64,000 bases of DNA from Octopus sinensis (lineage: Eukaryota), in the NCBI RefSeq assembly GCF_006345805.1, contig NC_042999.1, positions 54,126,001-54,190,000 of the forward strand, read 5' to 3'. The stretch's first letter is position 1, and the number at the start of each line of letters is the position of its first letter. Of the stretch, positions 46,834 to 60,990 are shown one piece after another. The translations under genes and the position numbers were made by a program. The notes beneath the pieces were generated by a model. The model saw only the letters and a program-made list of their open reading frames with translations. It was not told the DNA's origin and made no database searches.

Positions 46834-48029
46834 GAATCTATTGTTGCATGTGTGTATATGTTTATGAGAGAATGTGGCTCTATGTGTGTGGTGGGGGTAT
46901 GGGTATTAGGTTCAGCCAATTCCAATGAGACCTAGCGCAAACCACATGGTTTTATATATCACACAAATCAATTGGGTTTCCGATATTTGATTCAAACTTC
47001 AAAAGTGGTCTCTAACCATTATCTCGTCTTTTTATGCCCACGAAAAAACAATTACAAGTCCTTAAGTGAGTTAATGCTTAGGGTGTTACGCTCAGGATCG
47101 TAGTTTCGCTCGTCAGACTGGACGGCGTGTTGTGTTTTGGAGCGAAACACTTCATATCCTGTTGTTTCTGTTCCCTCACTTGTAAATGTGTAACCGTTCG
47201 ATGGACTTGTGCCTCGTTCAGAAGGAATACTAGGGCTTCGGTCATTTATACGCCATGGAAACCAAGTAACTGCCCCTCTGAGTTTTAAGATTCCATTGAG
47301 GACTGACAAGTCCCTAAATTTTTAAACTAATTATAAACAATCCCATGAATATGTAGATCAATAGGAGCTATTCGTGAACCCCTAAGGTGGTAATTTCGAA
47401 CAGTTTTTTTTTCCTTTATTTTGTTGCTCATCTCATTGCAAACATTTCAATGCAGATAAGCAAACCAAGGCAAGTAAATGTATTTCTGCTGTGTATGTTG
47501 TCTGGTTGAGAATCAAGATACGAGAATAAATTTAGTTTTAATCAGCGATTAACCAGGTAAATCGGTGGAATTACCAGTAATTAGGAGAGACTTTCGTATT
47601 CATACATATTGTAAATGATGACAAAATATCGATAACTAAATATTGAGCTTATCGCTTCAGGGTGGTTAATCTATCTTGTCTACCTAACATAACAATTCAG
47701 AATGTTAAATCTATCTTAACTAATACCTATCTATCTAGCTAGCTAGCTATCTGTCTGTCTGTCTATCTGTCTGTTTGTGCACACACACACACGCACACAT
47801 ATAATGTTTCATGGAATGGGGTTCAAAAGAACACGATCTGGCCCAATTTTAGTTCTTTCTTACTCGTCAATTGGTCAATTTTTTAACCGCTTAACTAATC
47901 GATAGTTTAATTAATCATTCGGTTAGTCAATCAAAGAGTTATGTTTGTTAAAATCCTTTCTTCGCCATTTACGACGTCTTGTATGGCATGCCCTCTCTAA
48001 TACATATGGGTTCAACTCGCTACTTCTCT

Positions 48030-50597
48030 GCATCGAGTAGGGAAAATGAAAAGCAATGATCTCATGCTGCTGGAGCTTTGCAATGAACATGGACTTTACA
48101 TGACAAGCACTCATTTTATGCACAAAGGTGATCACACAACAACCTGGATCCAAGGTCTAAAGTTTGGCACTTGCCGGATTATGTCATCATCCGCAAGCGT
48201 GACATCTATGACATTTGTAATGTCAAGTCCTTTCATGGATCGGAATGCTGGACAAACCACAGTCTGGTGCGAGTAAAGTTCCGGATGATGATTAGAGTGA
48301 AAGAGAGAAGGCTTGTCAGCTTTCCTCGGCATCTGAATGTCCACAAGATATATGATGCTGTGGTGAGGAAAGAGCTTCAGACTCGCTTGTCTAGCATTGA
48401 AAATACTACAGTATGGGAAGATTTTTCGAGACCAGGTTCTTCAATGTGCTGCTGAGACACTGGGATACGCTACTGCCAGACACAGAGACTCGTTTGATGA
48501 AAATGATGCTGAAGTTCAGTGACGATTGGTTGTGAAGCTCCATGGCCACAATGTATTACTGCACAGAGGACTTTCTGTTGTACAGCGAAATCTAGCATTT
48601 GCCCACTACAGCAGTTTAAAATCACTACCGCAGCGATCTCTCAGGAAGATGCAAAACGCTTGGTGGGAGAATCTTGCTCCAGATGTTCAGACTGCTGCTG
48701 ATTCAAATGACAGCAAGGAGCTTTACCATCTTTTGAAGCAAGTTTATGGGCCTAAGAACTCCCACATCAGCTCCCTTCCACTCTATTTACTAAATCAACA
48801 GAAATCACAGGTCGCTGTATCGAACACTTCTCTGAACTCCTAAACCATGAGTCATTTGTGGATGAAACGGTGATTAATACTATGCTATAAAGACCTAGCA
48901 TTGGCTCTTTAAATTCCACGCCCTCAATAGATGAAATAATGACACCAATAATTAAACTGAATTTTTGTAGGGCACCTGGAAGGGATGGAATTTGGGATGA
49001 GTTCTTGCAATTTGGCGATGATTACATCATACAGTCCCTTCATGAACTATTGTGCAGTCTGGAGGGATGGTGAAATACCTAAGGACTGAAAGGATGCAAT
49101 CATTCTTCCTCTCTATAAAGGAAAAGGAGCTAGACAATGGATATGATTTTTCCAGCAAGACAGATGCAGAAGTGCTATGAGCAGAATATGGATCTTGTTC
49201 AGGTATTCATTGATTTAATGAAGGCCTTTGATACTGTGAATAGGGGCCTTTCTGTGGAAAAAACTTGACAAACTTGGATGTCCAGATCACTTTATATCTA
49301 TAATTAAATCATTTCATGATGGGATGGAGGCTTGGGTCAATGCTGTGGTGGCATGGCAGGACCCATTCCTGTAGAAAATGGTGTCAAGCAGGGTGACATC
49401 CTTGCCCCAACTCCCTTTTCTTTGTACTTTGCTGCTGCTTTTACTCATGCTTTTTCTAAGGTTAGCTCTCAAGGAATATATGTCAGGTATCGATCTTCTG
49501 GCCGCCTCTTTAATCTGTCCCGATTTGCTGCCAATTCAAAAGTTTTCCAGTCTCTTATTCGTGACCTCCTTTATGCAGATGACTGTGATTTAGTCACTCA
49601 TACAGGGGATGACATGCAAATACTTATGACTTATATTTCTGCTTCATGCAAGGCATTTGGACTCAGCATTAGTCTGGACAAGACTGATTTAATTTTGCAG
49701 CCTGCACCAGGAAATCCATATGTGGAACCAGCTATCTTGGTTGAAGGAACAATTCTGAAAGTGGTAAACAAGTTTGTCTACCTGGGTAGCACACTCAACC
49801 GTACTTGCTCCCAGTGCGATGAAATATTTTTCAGGCTGCAGAGAGCAATTCATTCCTTCCGGTCTCTTCAGTCTCATATCTGGTCCCTGCATCACAAGGC
49901 AAACAAAAATTGCTGTGTACCGTGCATGTGTACTGACATCGCTCTTTTACTCATGGGAAACATGGACCCTTTACAAATGTCATGCAAGGGTGCTTGAAAG
50001 CTTTCATCAGAAATGTCTCAGAAATGTATCAGAAATGTCTCAGACACATTCTGAATGTGGGCTGGACCTTAAAACCTCCAGACACACAGGTTTTGAGGAC
50101 AGCTGATAGCTTGAGTATTGAGGCGATGGTGCACAAGCACCAGTTACGTTGGACTGGGCACCTTATAAGAATAAAGGATAGCAGGATCCTTTGTTATATG
50201 AGGGACTTGTGAATGGAAAGAGACCCTGGCAGAAACCAAGGATGCGATTTAAGGACTGTGTAAAGTCCTCATTAAAGGCCTGTGATATGCAGGACACTGA
50301 GTGGAAGAACAATGCCTGTTATCGCCACAGATGGAGAAAGCAGGTTAAGGAGGGGTTGACACTTTTGAGAGAGCACGTATTCAGTATGAAGAAGTTAAGC
50401 GTGCTGCTCGAAAGCACACTGCTGGTGTAGTGAATTGGGAAAGCTTCATCTGCAATGTTTGCAGTCCTGTATGTTTGTCAAGAGCAGGGCTCATTAGCCA
50501 CAAACGGAGCCGCAAATGCAAAATATAAGTTAGTCTTAGAGCGCACAATATTCCTGAAGGTCAGCAATGGTCTTCCTCGGTCACGAGTGGACGGCCA
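48030..50597 (+). mobile_element. RTE/BovB-like LINE (APE endonuclease end plus RT), degenerate
   Basis: DYVIIRKRD, FIDLMKAFDTV, GVKQGDILAPT.F, DLLYADD, FVYLGS, QLRWTGH. Confidence 0.88.
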
Positions 50598-50598
50598 T

Positions 50599-50635
<37 letters not shown>

Positions 50636-51409
50636 CTTGTGTTGTATCTCTTGTACTCTGTTTTTTCGTTGTTTAAGAAAAATGTCCATTTCTTTTGATT
50701 TTGTGTTTATGTTTTCGTTTCTTATTGTGTTCGAGGTTTTTTTTGGTGTCCTGTACCCATATATGCATGTATATATACATGTAGATGTAGGTACGTACAT
50801 ATATGTATGTATATATGCATATGTTTCATCTATTACTTTGTTATTATATGATAGAACGCACGCATCCACTTCTAAGTAAGTTTTATCTATCTCTATATAT
50901 GTATATACATATATATATATATATACATACATATACATACATACATATACATATAAATATATATATATATATACATACATATACATATCTATATATATAT
51001 ATACAACTGTATAATGTATGTCTATGTATGTATGTATGTATGCATATATATAGATCACTTCTGGATGTTTAATATAAGATACATGCCAACCATATTTTTA
51101 TATACCACACCCAAGATGTTTAATTGGACTCAAATACGTAACATGAGACTCAGTTTTAAGCAATATCCGCCACAGAACCAAACTGAATAAGGGATGACCC
51201 GTTCATCAAGCTATCAATCAACAAGGTTTTAACTATTATTCTACATTAATTGTTTGACAAGATATAATTATCGGAATATGTGAGGAATGTGATATGGGGA
51301 ACGGGGTGAGTAAGTGAAGGGAAATATAAATCCACTGAACTTAAGAGAGTAGGACAAAGATAAATACAAAATATTAGCTTATCTTTAAAAATATGAGAGG
51401 ATGTTTTTA

Positions 51410-52035
51410 TCTTTTCCTTGTTTCAGTCGTTAAACAGCAGCAATGCTGGGGTACTATCTTGAAAAGTTTTTCATCGAATAAACCGACCTATGTATTTACT
51501 TTTTCAAGACTAGAACTTGTTCTGTTGGTCTCTTTAGTCGAACCGCTAAGTTGCGGGAATGTAAACACATCAACACAGGTTGTCAAGCTGTGGCTGGGTG
51601 GGTGGGGACACACATTCACAAACACACACACAGGCTTCTCTCAGATTCCATCTACCAAATACAGTCACAAGGCTTTGGTGGGCCCGGGGTTATACTAGAA
51701 GGCATTATACATAAAGGCGGTGAGCTGGCAGAAACGTTTGCGCGCCGGGCGAAATGCTTAGCGGTATTTCGTCTGCCGTTACGTTCTGAGTTCAAATTCC
51801 GTCGAGGTCGACTTTGCCTTTCATCCTTTCGGGGTCGATAAATAAAGTACCAATTTCGCACTGGGGTCGATGTAATTGACTTAATCCGTTTCTCTGTCCT
51901 TGTTTGTCCCCTCTATGTTTAGCCCCTTGTGAGCAATAAAGAAATATATACTAGAAGGCATTAGCCCAAGGTGTCATGCAGTGGGACTAAACCCGGATTC
52001 GTCTGGTTGCGAGGCAAACTTCTTGCACAGCCGGT
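51410..52035. mobile_element. SINE family B (51714-51945, +; TSD atactagaaggcatta) nested in a diverged SINE family A (-)
   Basis: Direct repeat at ~51692 and ~51947. Confidence 0.8.
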
Positions 52036-52619
52036 AAAAATTAGACTACCGTCATCATCATCATCATCATCATAATAATCCGTTCTCAGGGACACAGTGA
52101 AGAACGCATGCGTCAAGGTGCGGAGCCATCATGAGGCCTTGGGGGAAGCTGAGGGCGGCTACGTTGAGTAAACTGATACCTCCATCCCATAATCTATTTG
52201 ATATTTCAAATTTTGAATGGTTGATTGTTTTCTGTTTTTGTACATACATATATACACATACATACATACATACATACATACATACATACATACATACATA
52301 CATACATGCATACATACATACATACATACATACATACATACATACATACATACATACATACATACATACATACATACATACATACATACATACATAGACA
52401 TACGTGCAAATATATATGTAAATACATAGGCCTAACACCTAGAAACCATCTTGAATTTCTTCGAAAAATTTATCATTCCCTTCATAGTGAGATGCACCCA
52501 TCCTATGCGTCCACGAAACTTTAAGTTGTGCACAGCTGAGTCAAAATGTTATTAAATATGTAACACCTACCAAACATGTTGATTGTTACATTCGTTTGTT
52601 TACTCACTCGTACACATAT

Positions 52620-52727
<108 letters not shown>

Positions 52728-53363
52728 TATACATATTTATATTTATATCTATATTTATATTTATATTTGTTTGCATATTAGTTGCGACGCCCTATCATAT
52801 ATGTTCAACATAAGCCAAAAGAATAGATTTTAAATCCATTTATTACTTTATCTAAGCCTCAAACATTCATTTCAGTTTAGATTTTATTACATTTACACTT
52901 TATGGTCTTATACTTTAGAATTTACCCTTATACAATTTACTCCAAACATGAGAAAAATTTGCAAGTTTTATTTGCGAACAAACCTTTTGTTTGACGTTTG
53001 ACAGGTCGTAATGAAAACGTTAACATTTTATTATCGTTCATTTAATGCCTCTCTTATTATATTGTATGAGTGTTTGGAGAAAAGAGAGCTATAACAGCTT
53101 AAGGAATATCATATAAAGAAGAAAGCTGAACTGAAAGTATAGTGAAGGGAACGCTACTGGTGCAGCAAGGAATTTTAAAAATGAAATCGTGTGGGATGTG
53201 TGTGTGTGCGTGTGTGTGTGTGCGTGCGTGCGTGGGGGTTGGGTACAAATACACACATATACACACACACTCAAGGAGACACATATACTTAATAACTATT
53301 TGACTCAGTTCCACATTGCATAAACTTAGGTGTGCGCAATAAAAACCAAGATAACTTATTTAA

Positions 53364-53521
53364 TTGTGGCTGTGTGGTAAGTAGCTTGCCTACCAACCAC
53401 ATGGTTCTGGGTTCAGTCCCACTGCGTGGCATCTTGGGCAAGTGTCTTCTGCTATAGCCTCGGGCCGACCAATGCCTTGTGAGTGGATTTGGTAGACGGA
53501 AACTGAAAGAAGCCCGTCGTA

Positions 53522-53563
<42 letters not shown>

Positions 53564-53790
53564 TGTGTGTGTGTTTGTGTGTCTGTTTGTCCCTCTAGCA
53601 TTGCTTGACAACCGATGCTGGTCTGTTTACGTCTCCGTCACTTAGCGGTTCGGCAAAAAGAGACCGATAGAATAAGTACTGGGCCTACAAAGAATAAGTC
53701 TCGGGGTCGATTTGCTCGACTAAAGGCGGTGCTCCAGCATGGCCGCAGTCAAATGACTGAAACAAGTAAAAGAGTAGAGTAAAAGAGTAA
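53364..53790 (+). mobile_element. SINE family A
   Basis: Full match to 1340-1757. Confidence 0.85.
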
Positions 53791-54648
53791 TTAAATTTTA
53801 CCATCATCTCCTCCGAAATAGTCACGTTGCGCAGCAGCACACCGATCTCAGCGTTCCGTCCATTCAGGAATCCGGTCTGGAAGTCGTTTTCCGTAAGTGA
53901 GTCGAGGACTTTTTGCGATCCGCTCTGGATCTCGACAACGGTGTTAAAACGGCGACTTCTGAGCTGCATTTTCATCTTGTGGGGGAAGATGGGAGTCGTC
54001 AGGGTACAAATTTCTGGCGAGTAGGGCGGGTGCCGAAGCGATACCATGTTGTCTTCGGCGAAAAACTCACGAATGAGGAGAGCTCGGTGAAGAATCCAGT
54101 ACTTCGTGCCCACATATCCGGTCGCTTTCGTCAAATCTCCGCCCCCACCCCTCAACCGCTTCCAAACGTCGCAGTAGAACTCTTGATTGACAGCCTGGCC
54201 TTTTGGCGACGAGTTCTCGATGCTCAATACTACATTCCCGGGGATGACGCTCGTGACAAGTCTTCCAGATTGCTCATCGTCTTCCAGGGACGTTCTTCTG
54301 CTTTTGAAGCGTCCGTGCTGCTCGAAACATTGCCTCCAATCCATTGCGTCGTCACCGTAAGCTTTCCAAAGCATGTCCAATGTCTCTGTAGCAGACTTCC
54401 CAAGTTTAAAACAAAATTTCACGCTTGCTTTTTCTTCCCCACTTCCTGTCCATGACAAAAATCGCAGACTACAGCATACACGTGATCACAAAAACACAAA
54501 TTTCACAACCAGTGAAGTAAACACAGCGATGTCACTCGGCACACTGCCTCATGAGGGTCAGTGCGAGTTCTCAATGCTCACACAACGCCGTGCTGCCATC
54601 TATTGGCACACTACCGAACTAGTTTGGGAACTTTTTGATACCACCTCG
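53791..54648 (-). mobile_element. mariner-family transposon, internally deleted
   Basis: TA-cgaggtggtatcaaaaagttccc terminus; VKFCFKLGKSATET.DML..AYGDDAM, FKS.RTSLEDDE.SGR, HPPYSP. Confidence 0.85.
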
Positions 54649-55393
54649 TACATATACATAAACACAGGCTCTAGTTCCCTTTAATTTTTTCTGACTTTAT
54701 ATAATTTTGGGTTGATGTCTTCATATGAATGAGAATTAGATGTTGCGTAAGTAGAAAGGCGAAGTGGTTGTGTAGGAAAGGCTGTACGGGCGAAAGTGTT
54801 CGCTTATAGAGAGTGGGCTGGAAGAAAGGAATGGAGGAGAAAGAAATGGTGGAGAGATTTTTTCTGGTTTGATAGTAGGAAGAATCCACTATTCCTACAC
54901 TGTTATTTTTCTGTATACTTATATCACACTTGACTCTCATTCACATTATTCCACCTACAAAAGAACACATTGGCAAAGCTATATAAAACCAGAAACAATG
55001 AAGTAAGCTACTCTCTGATAATCCGTTAACCGAAACCTCAGTCACTGTCAATTTCTCCTTTGTAAAACGTCCACAATATACATCAGCAAAAATGTTAAGC
55101 TAAGATGAATATATTTTGCTTTTAAAATGAAAAAAGTTATTTAGACCTAAACTTGATTGTTGACGTTACTTACTCTCCTATAACGTTACTACAAACTTTA
55201 AAGTAGACTTTTTCCTACTGGATCAAATCTTAATTGTTTTATGTCATGATGGAGCTAGGGACCAGTTCTCTTCAAAAATGTTAACAGTTTTCAATTTGGT
55301 TAAGAAGTGAATTAGCGAACAGCTTTGAAAGATGCTGCGTGTGAATAAATTGCGGCCTTAAGAATATTATTCAACTACTACCGTAGTTGAATG

Positions 55394-55510
55394 ATATTAA
55401 TACACAACTATGAGAGAGAATCCACTATGTGGATGCTCTTACGCTCGGATCTATATCTAGCGTAAGAGCGTCCACATAGTGGATTCTCTCTCATAGTTGT
55501 GTATTAATAA
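55394..55510. repeat. Near-perfect ~51-bp-arm palindrome inside a ~225-bp insertion with TSD agttgaatgatat (Penelope-like)
   Basis: tattaatacacaactatgagagagaatccactatgtgga.gctcttacgct and its reverse complement; direct repeat at 55385 and 55609. Confidence 0.75.
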
Positions 55511-55887
55511 TATTTACTGAATCTCAGTCTTTTATGCGCTAGGCCACTGGTGTTTAAATTGATGTTATTAAATTAACATCCAATTTTTTCACCCTTTTTT
55601 TGACTGTAAGTTGAATGATATATATCTATGTATAAGTTGTTTGAAGTGCTGTACAAATTTTATGTATTAAGAAAAATAATTTAGTAAGGATCTGGATTTT
55701 GGATAAAACTATTTATTTAGTGCTTGCGTCCTTTCAAGCATTTACCATGAATGATTCCTTATAGCAAATTCATACATTTTATAAGTATGTGAGCTAGATG
55801 AAAAACAAAATCTGGAGTAGAATTTGTTTCCTTGGGTTTTGGAAAGAAAGGTGTTTTGTGAATAGATATGTGTGTAAGTATGAATGT

Positions 55888-55960
<73 letters not shown>

Positions 55961-56294
55961 TATCCATATAAATCTATGGGGTGATTACAATCAAAATAAG
56001 TCAGAGAGTTGATTTAATACTATCATGTTCTTAAGAATGAAATCAACCTCTCTGTCTGTATGTCTACCCTCTTTATAATGTTGGCAAACGAAATAGGGAT
56101 AAGAATGTGCATTGTCTGTTTGTTTGGGAAATTTCTAAAGGTGGCTGAGGATTGCTCGACATTTTAAAACTGATGTAATGCTTACAGTGCTTAATAAAAT
56201 GAAGTAGCATGAAACGATCGTACCACATTACCTCGGATATACTTGTTGCTTATTTTGATTGTAATCACCCCATGGATATATATATATATATATA

Positions 56295-56357
<63 letters not shown>

Positions 56358-56525
56358 TCATTAGTAAATATAGATCACAAAACTCCAATTTGCAACCCAT
56401 TTGAACGAAGACACAATAATGTGATTTAGCCTTATCGAAAAGTTTCTTGTTAGGCTAGAGCGCCGTGCCTAGAGATAGTTACTAATTAATTTATGTTTGT
56501 GCAATCATCTATGAGAATAAATTCG

Positions 56526-56628
<103 letters not shown>

Positions 56629-56867
56629 TTCATTGTATTCTAGAGAAGTTTGTAGATTTTATGAGGCAACTGGCACGTATTCAATGTGAAATACTTTCAA
56701 TAAAAAACTGAACAATTTGTTTCGCAATAATGCAGACAAATGCATAACCTGTTAGTCGAGGTATTGGATATTCATAACAAATGTACAGCGGGCTGAAAAT
56801 ACTCACCGTCCCTAAACAACACATCTCTGAATTTTTGCCTTGTATATGTATATATATATATATATAT

Positions 56868-56899
<32 letters not shown>

Positions 56900-57118
56900 T
56901 TAGCGTTCGCTTTCCATGCTAGCATGGGTTGGACGGTTCAACTGGGGTCTGTGAAGCCAGAAGGCTGCATCAGGCCCAGTCTGATCTGGCAGTGTTTCTA
57001 CGGCTGGATGCCCTTCCTAACGCCAACCACTCCGTGAGTGTAGTGGGTGCTTTTACGTGCCACCCGCACAGGTGCCAGACGGAGCTGGCAAACAGCCACA
57101 GACGGATGGTGCTTTTTA
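56900..57118 (-). mobile_element. SINE 3' part with Meta-domain-like motif
   Basis: Minus strand ggcgttaggaagggcatccagccgtagaaac, ending in (GAT)n. Confidence 0.55.
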
Positions 57119-57119
57119 C

Positions 57120-57207
<88 letters not shown>

Positions 57208-57218
57208 ATATATGTATA

Positions 57219-57824
57219 TATTGGCAGGGCTGGCCTGCTAGGTAGCCGGCCAGAATGCTAGAATAGATCATAAACGATCAAACTACAAGGGAAATTCTCT
57301 AGAGGAAGAATTCAGCGAACACCAGAACCAAATTTGGCGGGCAGGACATATGAAAAATTAAATAAAAAACAGACTTAAATGCATACCTCGGTTTCGGTCT
57401 TAACAAAAGAATTACTTGCATAATTCTTGCAGTGAATTATTCACTGCAGCCCTTCGCTTCAGGAGTCTCTTAGCGCGCCGGAACCAAGACATTTGAAATT
57501 TTATTCCCGATGTAATCAGTAAGACTAAGCACGTGTCTGTCTTGACACAGAGAGCTGGGGTTAGTCTTGCAGTTTGCATCTCGAGGACCGAATGTACTGA
57601 AGAAGTCACGGACACTTGAATTATGCAAGTAATTCTTTTGTTAAGACCGAAACCGAGGTATGCATTTAAGTCTGTTTTTATTTAATTTTTCATATGTCCT
57701 GCCGCCAAATTTGGTTCTGGTGTTCGCTGAATTCTTCCTCTAGAGAATTTCCCTTGTAGTTTGATCGTTTATGATCTATTTCTAGCATTCTGGCCGGCTA
57801 CCTAGCAGGCCAGCCCTGCCAATA
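57219..57824. mobile_element. Young MITE with ~208-bp near-perfect TIRs and a 190-bp core, in (TA)n
   Basis: 57219-57427 is the reverse complement of 57618-57824 apart from 1-2 indels. Confidence 0.85.
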
Positions 57825-57927
57825 TACACATATATTTGAATTTTCTCTGACTCCTCAGATTTTTTGAATGCTGGACTACTGGTTTTAAATTAAAATTAAT
57901 ATTAATTTATCTCCCTCAATTTTTAAA

Positions 57928-58037
<110 letters not shown>

Positions 58038-58383
58038 TACATATATATATGTGTGTGTGTGTGTGTATAAATATATAGATATAGATAAGTATACAGGGTT
58101 GTGCAAATGTAAGTATACACTTATGAAAATAGTATACACGTACAGTACTCATTTAATATTTATAAAAACGAATGAAAAAGTTACAATAAAAGTATTATTA
58201 GAGTCATGATAAATGTATTACTATGATTAATGACACTGAAAATATCAAAAATATGGCTAACTAAATTAATGCGCTAATAATGTTAATGAATTGCGTATTA
58301 TAACATTGATGTGATACTTACTGTATACCTACTTTTTCATTCCCCTGTGTGTGTGTGTGTGGTGTGTGTGTGTGTGTGAGTGT

Positions 58384-58433
<50 letters not shown>

Positions 58434-58717
58434 GTGTGTGTGTGTGTGTTTGTAGGGAGAGTTTACGAAAAAAACAAAAGACGAAGACAGGTGGTGTACA
58501 AAACAAACAGATGTATTAGTATAACGCTCAGGAATAGAAAAAAAGTATTTTACGTTTCGACCCTATGCTCTTCTACAGAGCATTCTACAAACACGTGTAC
58601 TCGTAATGTAGTCCTCAGGGAGATTCAGCGTGACACAGCGTGTCACAAGGCTGGGTCTTTGAAATACAGGTACAACAGAAACAGGAAGAAAGAATGAGAG
58701 AAACTTGTGGTGAGAGA

Positions 58718-58857
<140 letters not shown>

Positions 58858-59363
58858 GTATATGTATATATACATATACATACTATACATACATATATAT
58901 AATTTCACGTGCAGGTTGTTCCGTTGATTCGGATCAACCGGAACCCTCGTCGGAGTGCTTCCAAAAAATATACACACACACAGACTCACTTGCCCTAGGC
59001 ATACGCATACCTTTGCTTACACTTGACGACTTAGTTAAATTAGAGCCGTGTGAACAATATTTGGAATCCTGCCTGCAAGACATCAACTGCAAGTCAGTAA
59101 TATTTAAAAAAAAGTATTATGTAGCACACACACTGATCCACGGTTTGTCTCAACAAAAGAAAACTTTTGAGGAATTTGGTAAATTGAATAAGTTTCTATG
59201 CCGTGAAGAGAAGTTAGTTTCAACGTTTCTTTTACGTAAGTGTAGTAAAGGATTCCACATTCTTATTCGATATGAGCCAACTCAGAAGACGGCACCGAAC
59301 CCGAAAATCTAAATTTCCCTTTCTTTATGGCACATGAAATCTTTAGGAATAATATATATACAT

Positions 59364-59399
<36 letters not shown>

Positions 59400-59400
<1 letters not shown>

Positions 59401-59778
59401 AAACCTCCTCGTCGAAACCAAACTCCGGAAGTAAACTAAAACTTTCAGATAGAGACCGTCAGACTCTTACACGAATTGTTAGAAAGGATCACAAAATTAC
59501 CACTCCCAAAATTATTGCAGAGCTTAATGACCAACCCGAGAACCCAGTTTCTACAAAATCTGTTCGCTGGGAGCTGCACAAAGCCGGATTTCACGGGAGG
59601 GCTGCAATCAGAAAACCACTACTTTCAAAAACAAACATTACAAAACATTTAGAGTGGAATAAAAACCTACAGAATTGGTCACAAGGGCAGTGGAAGAATG
59701 TTATTTTCTCGGACGAGTCATTCTTTACCCTATTTCCTACCACCGGCCGAGTATACGTGTGGAGACAGCCAAAAGAAT
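59400..59778 (+). mobile_element. Tc1 transposase fragment, same family as 20939-22034
   Basis: KLSDRDRQTLTRIV...WKNVIFSDES...VYVWRQPKE. Confidence 0.85.
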
Positions 59779-59779
59779 T

Positions 59780-60044
59780 TGAGCTCAGAACGTAGTGACG
59801 GACGAAATACCTATTTGTTTACTACCCACAAGGGGCTAAACACGGAAGGGACAAACAAAGACAGACAAACGGATTAAGTCGATTACATCGACCCCAGTGC
59901 GTAACTGGTACTTATTTAATCGACCCCGAGAAGATGAAAGGCAAAGTCGACCTCGGCGGAATTTGAACTCACAACGTAGCGGCAGACGAAATACCGCTAA
60001 GCATTTCGCCCGGCATGCAAACGTTTCTGCCAGCTCACCGCCTC
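59780..60044 (-). mobile_element. SINE family B
   Basis: Similarity to 6376-6610. Confidence 0.8.
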
Positions 60045-60113
60045 AATGACAATAATAATAATAACAACAACAACAACAACAACAACCACAACAACAACAA
60101 CAACAACAACAAC

Positions 60114-60174
<61 letters not shown>

Positions 60175-60499
60175 TAATAATAATAATAATGAGGAGGAGG
60201 AGGAGGAGGAGGAGGAGGATCACAGATGCAAGGCTGTACATATGAACGACACAGTAAGGAAAGTGTTTGCTTAACTGATCCCACAACTTGCCGTACCACA
60301 TTCAATTTGAACTTGTGTCTGCTTCAATGTTCGATCGTCAATAATCAACAAAGCAAAACACCAGTTGTATATTAATATCAGTTTGATCGTTTGATTCCTT
60401 CGCAGCAAGTTTGGTCACATATATAGCGAATGACCCAAAGCAATAAGGGAGGCACAGAAACCTAACTTTCAGTAAATCTTGACCAGATCTTATGCATAT

Positions 60500-60990
60500 C
60501 ATTATGATATCCATAAGATCTGTTCATCAAATCTAAGTAGAGATTTCAAACTTAAAATCTTCAAAGCCACAGTCGAACCAATTCTACTATATGCCTCAGA
60601 AACCTGGACGTTATCAAAGAAGCTTGAGAGGCAGTTGGATGGAACTTACACTCGCCTCCTTATGAGAGCTCAAAATCTCTCGTGGAAGCGTCATCCAACC
60701 AAAGTACAAGTATATGGGAAACTACCACCTGTATTATCTCTTGTGAGAGGTAGAAGAGTCCAGTTTGCTGGACATTGTTGTAGAGCTGAAAACGAGGTAA
60801 TTCCTGCTCTTCTCCTCTGGAAGCCATCTACTCGCGATACCAGAGGGCGCACAATCTCCTACCCTGATGTAATCTCCAGGGATACAGGCATCCAGCAACA
60901 GGACCTACGTAATGCTATGATGGACCGTGAAGTCTGGCGTAGCATAGTAAATTCCATTGTATAGACCACGGTCGAACAATGATGATGATG
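60500..60990 (+). mobile_element. RTE-clade LINE 3' end with (GAT)n tail
   Basis: KIFKATVEPILLYASETWTL...FAGHC.R...MMDREVWRS. Confidence 0.8.
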
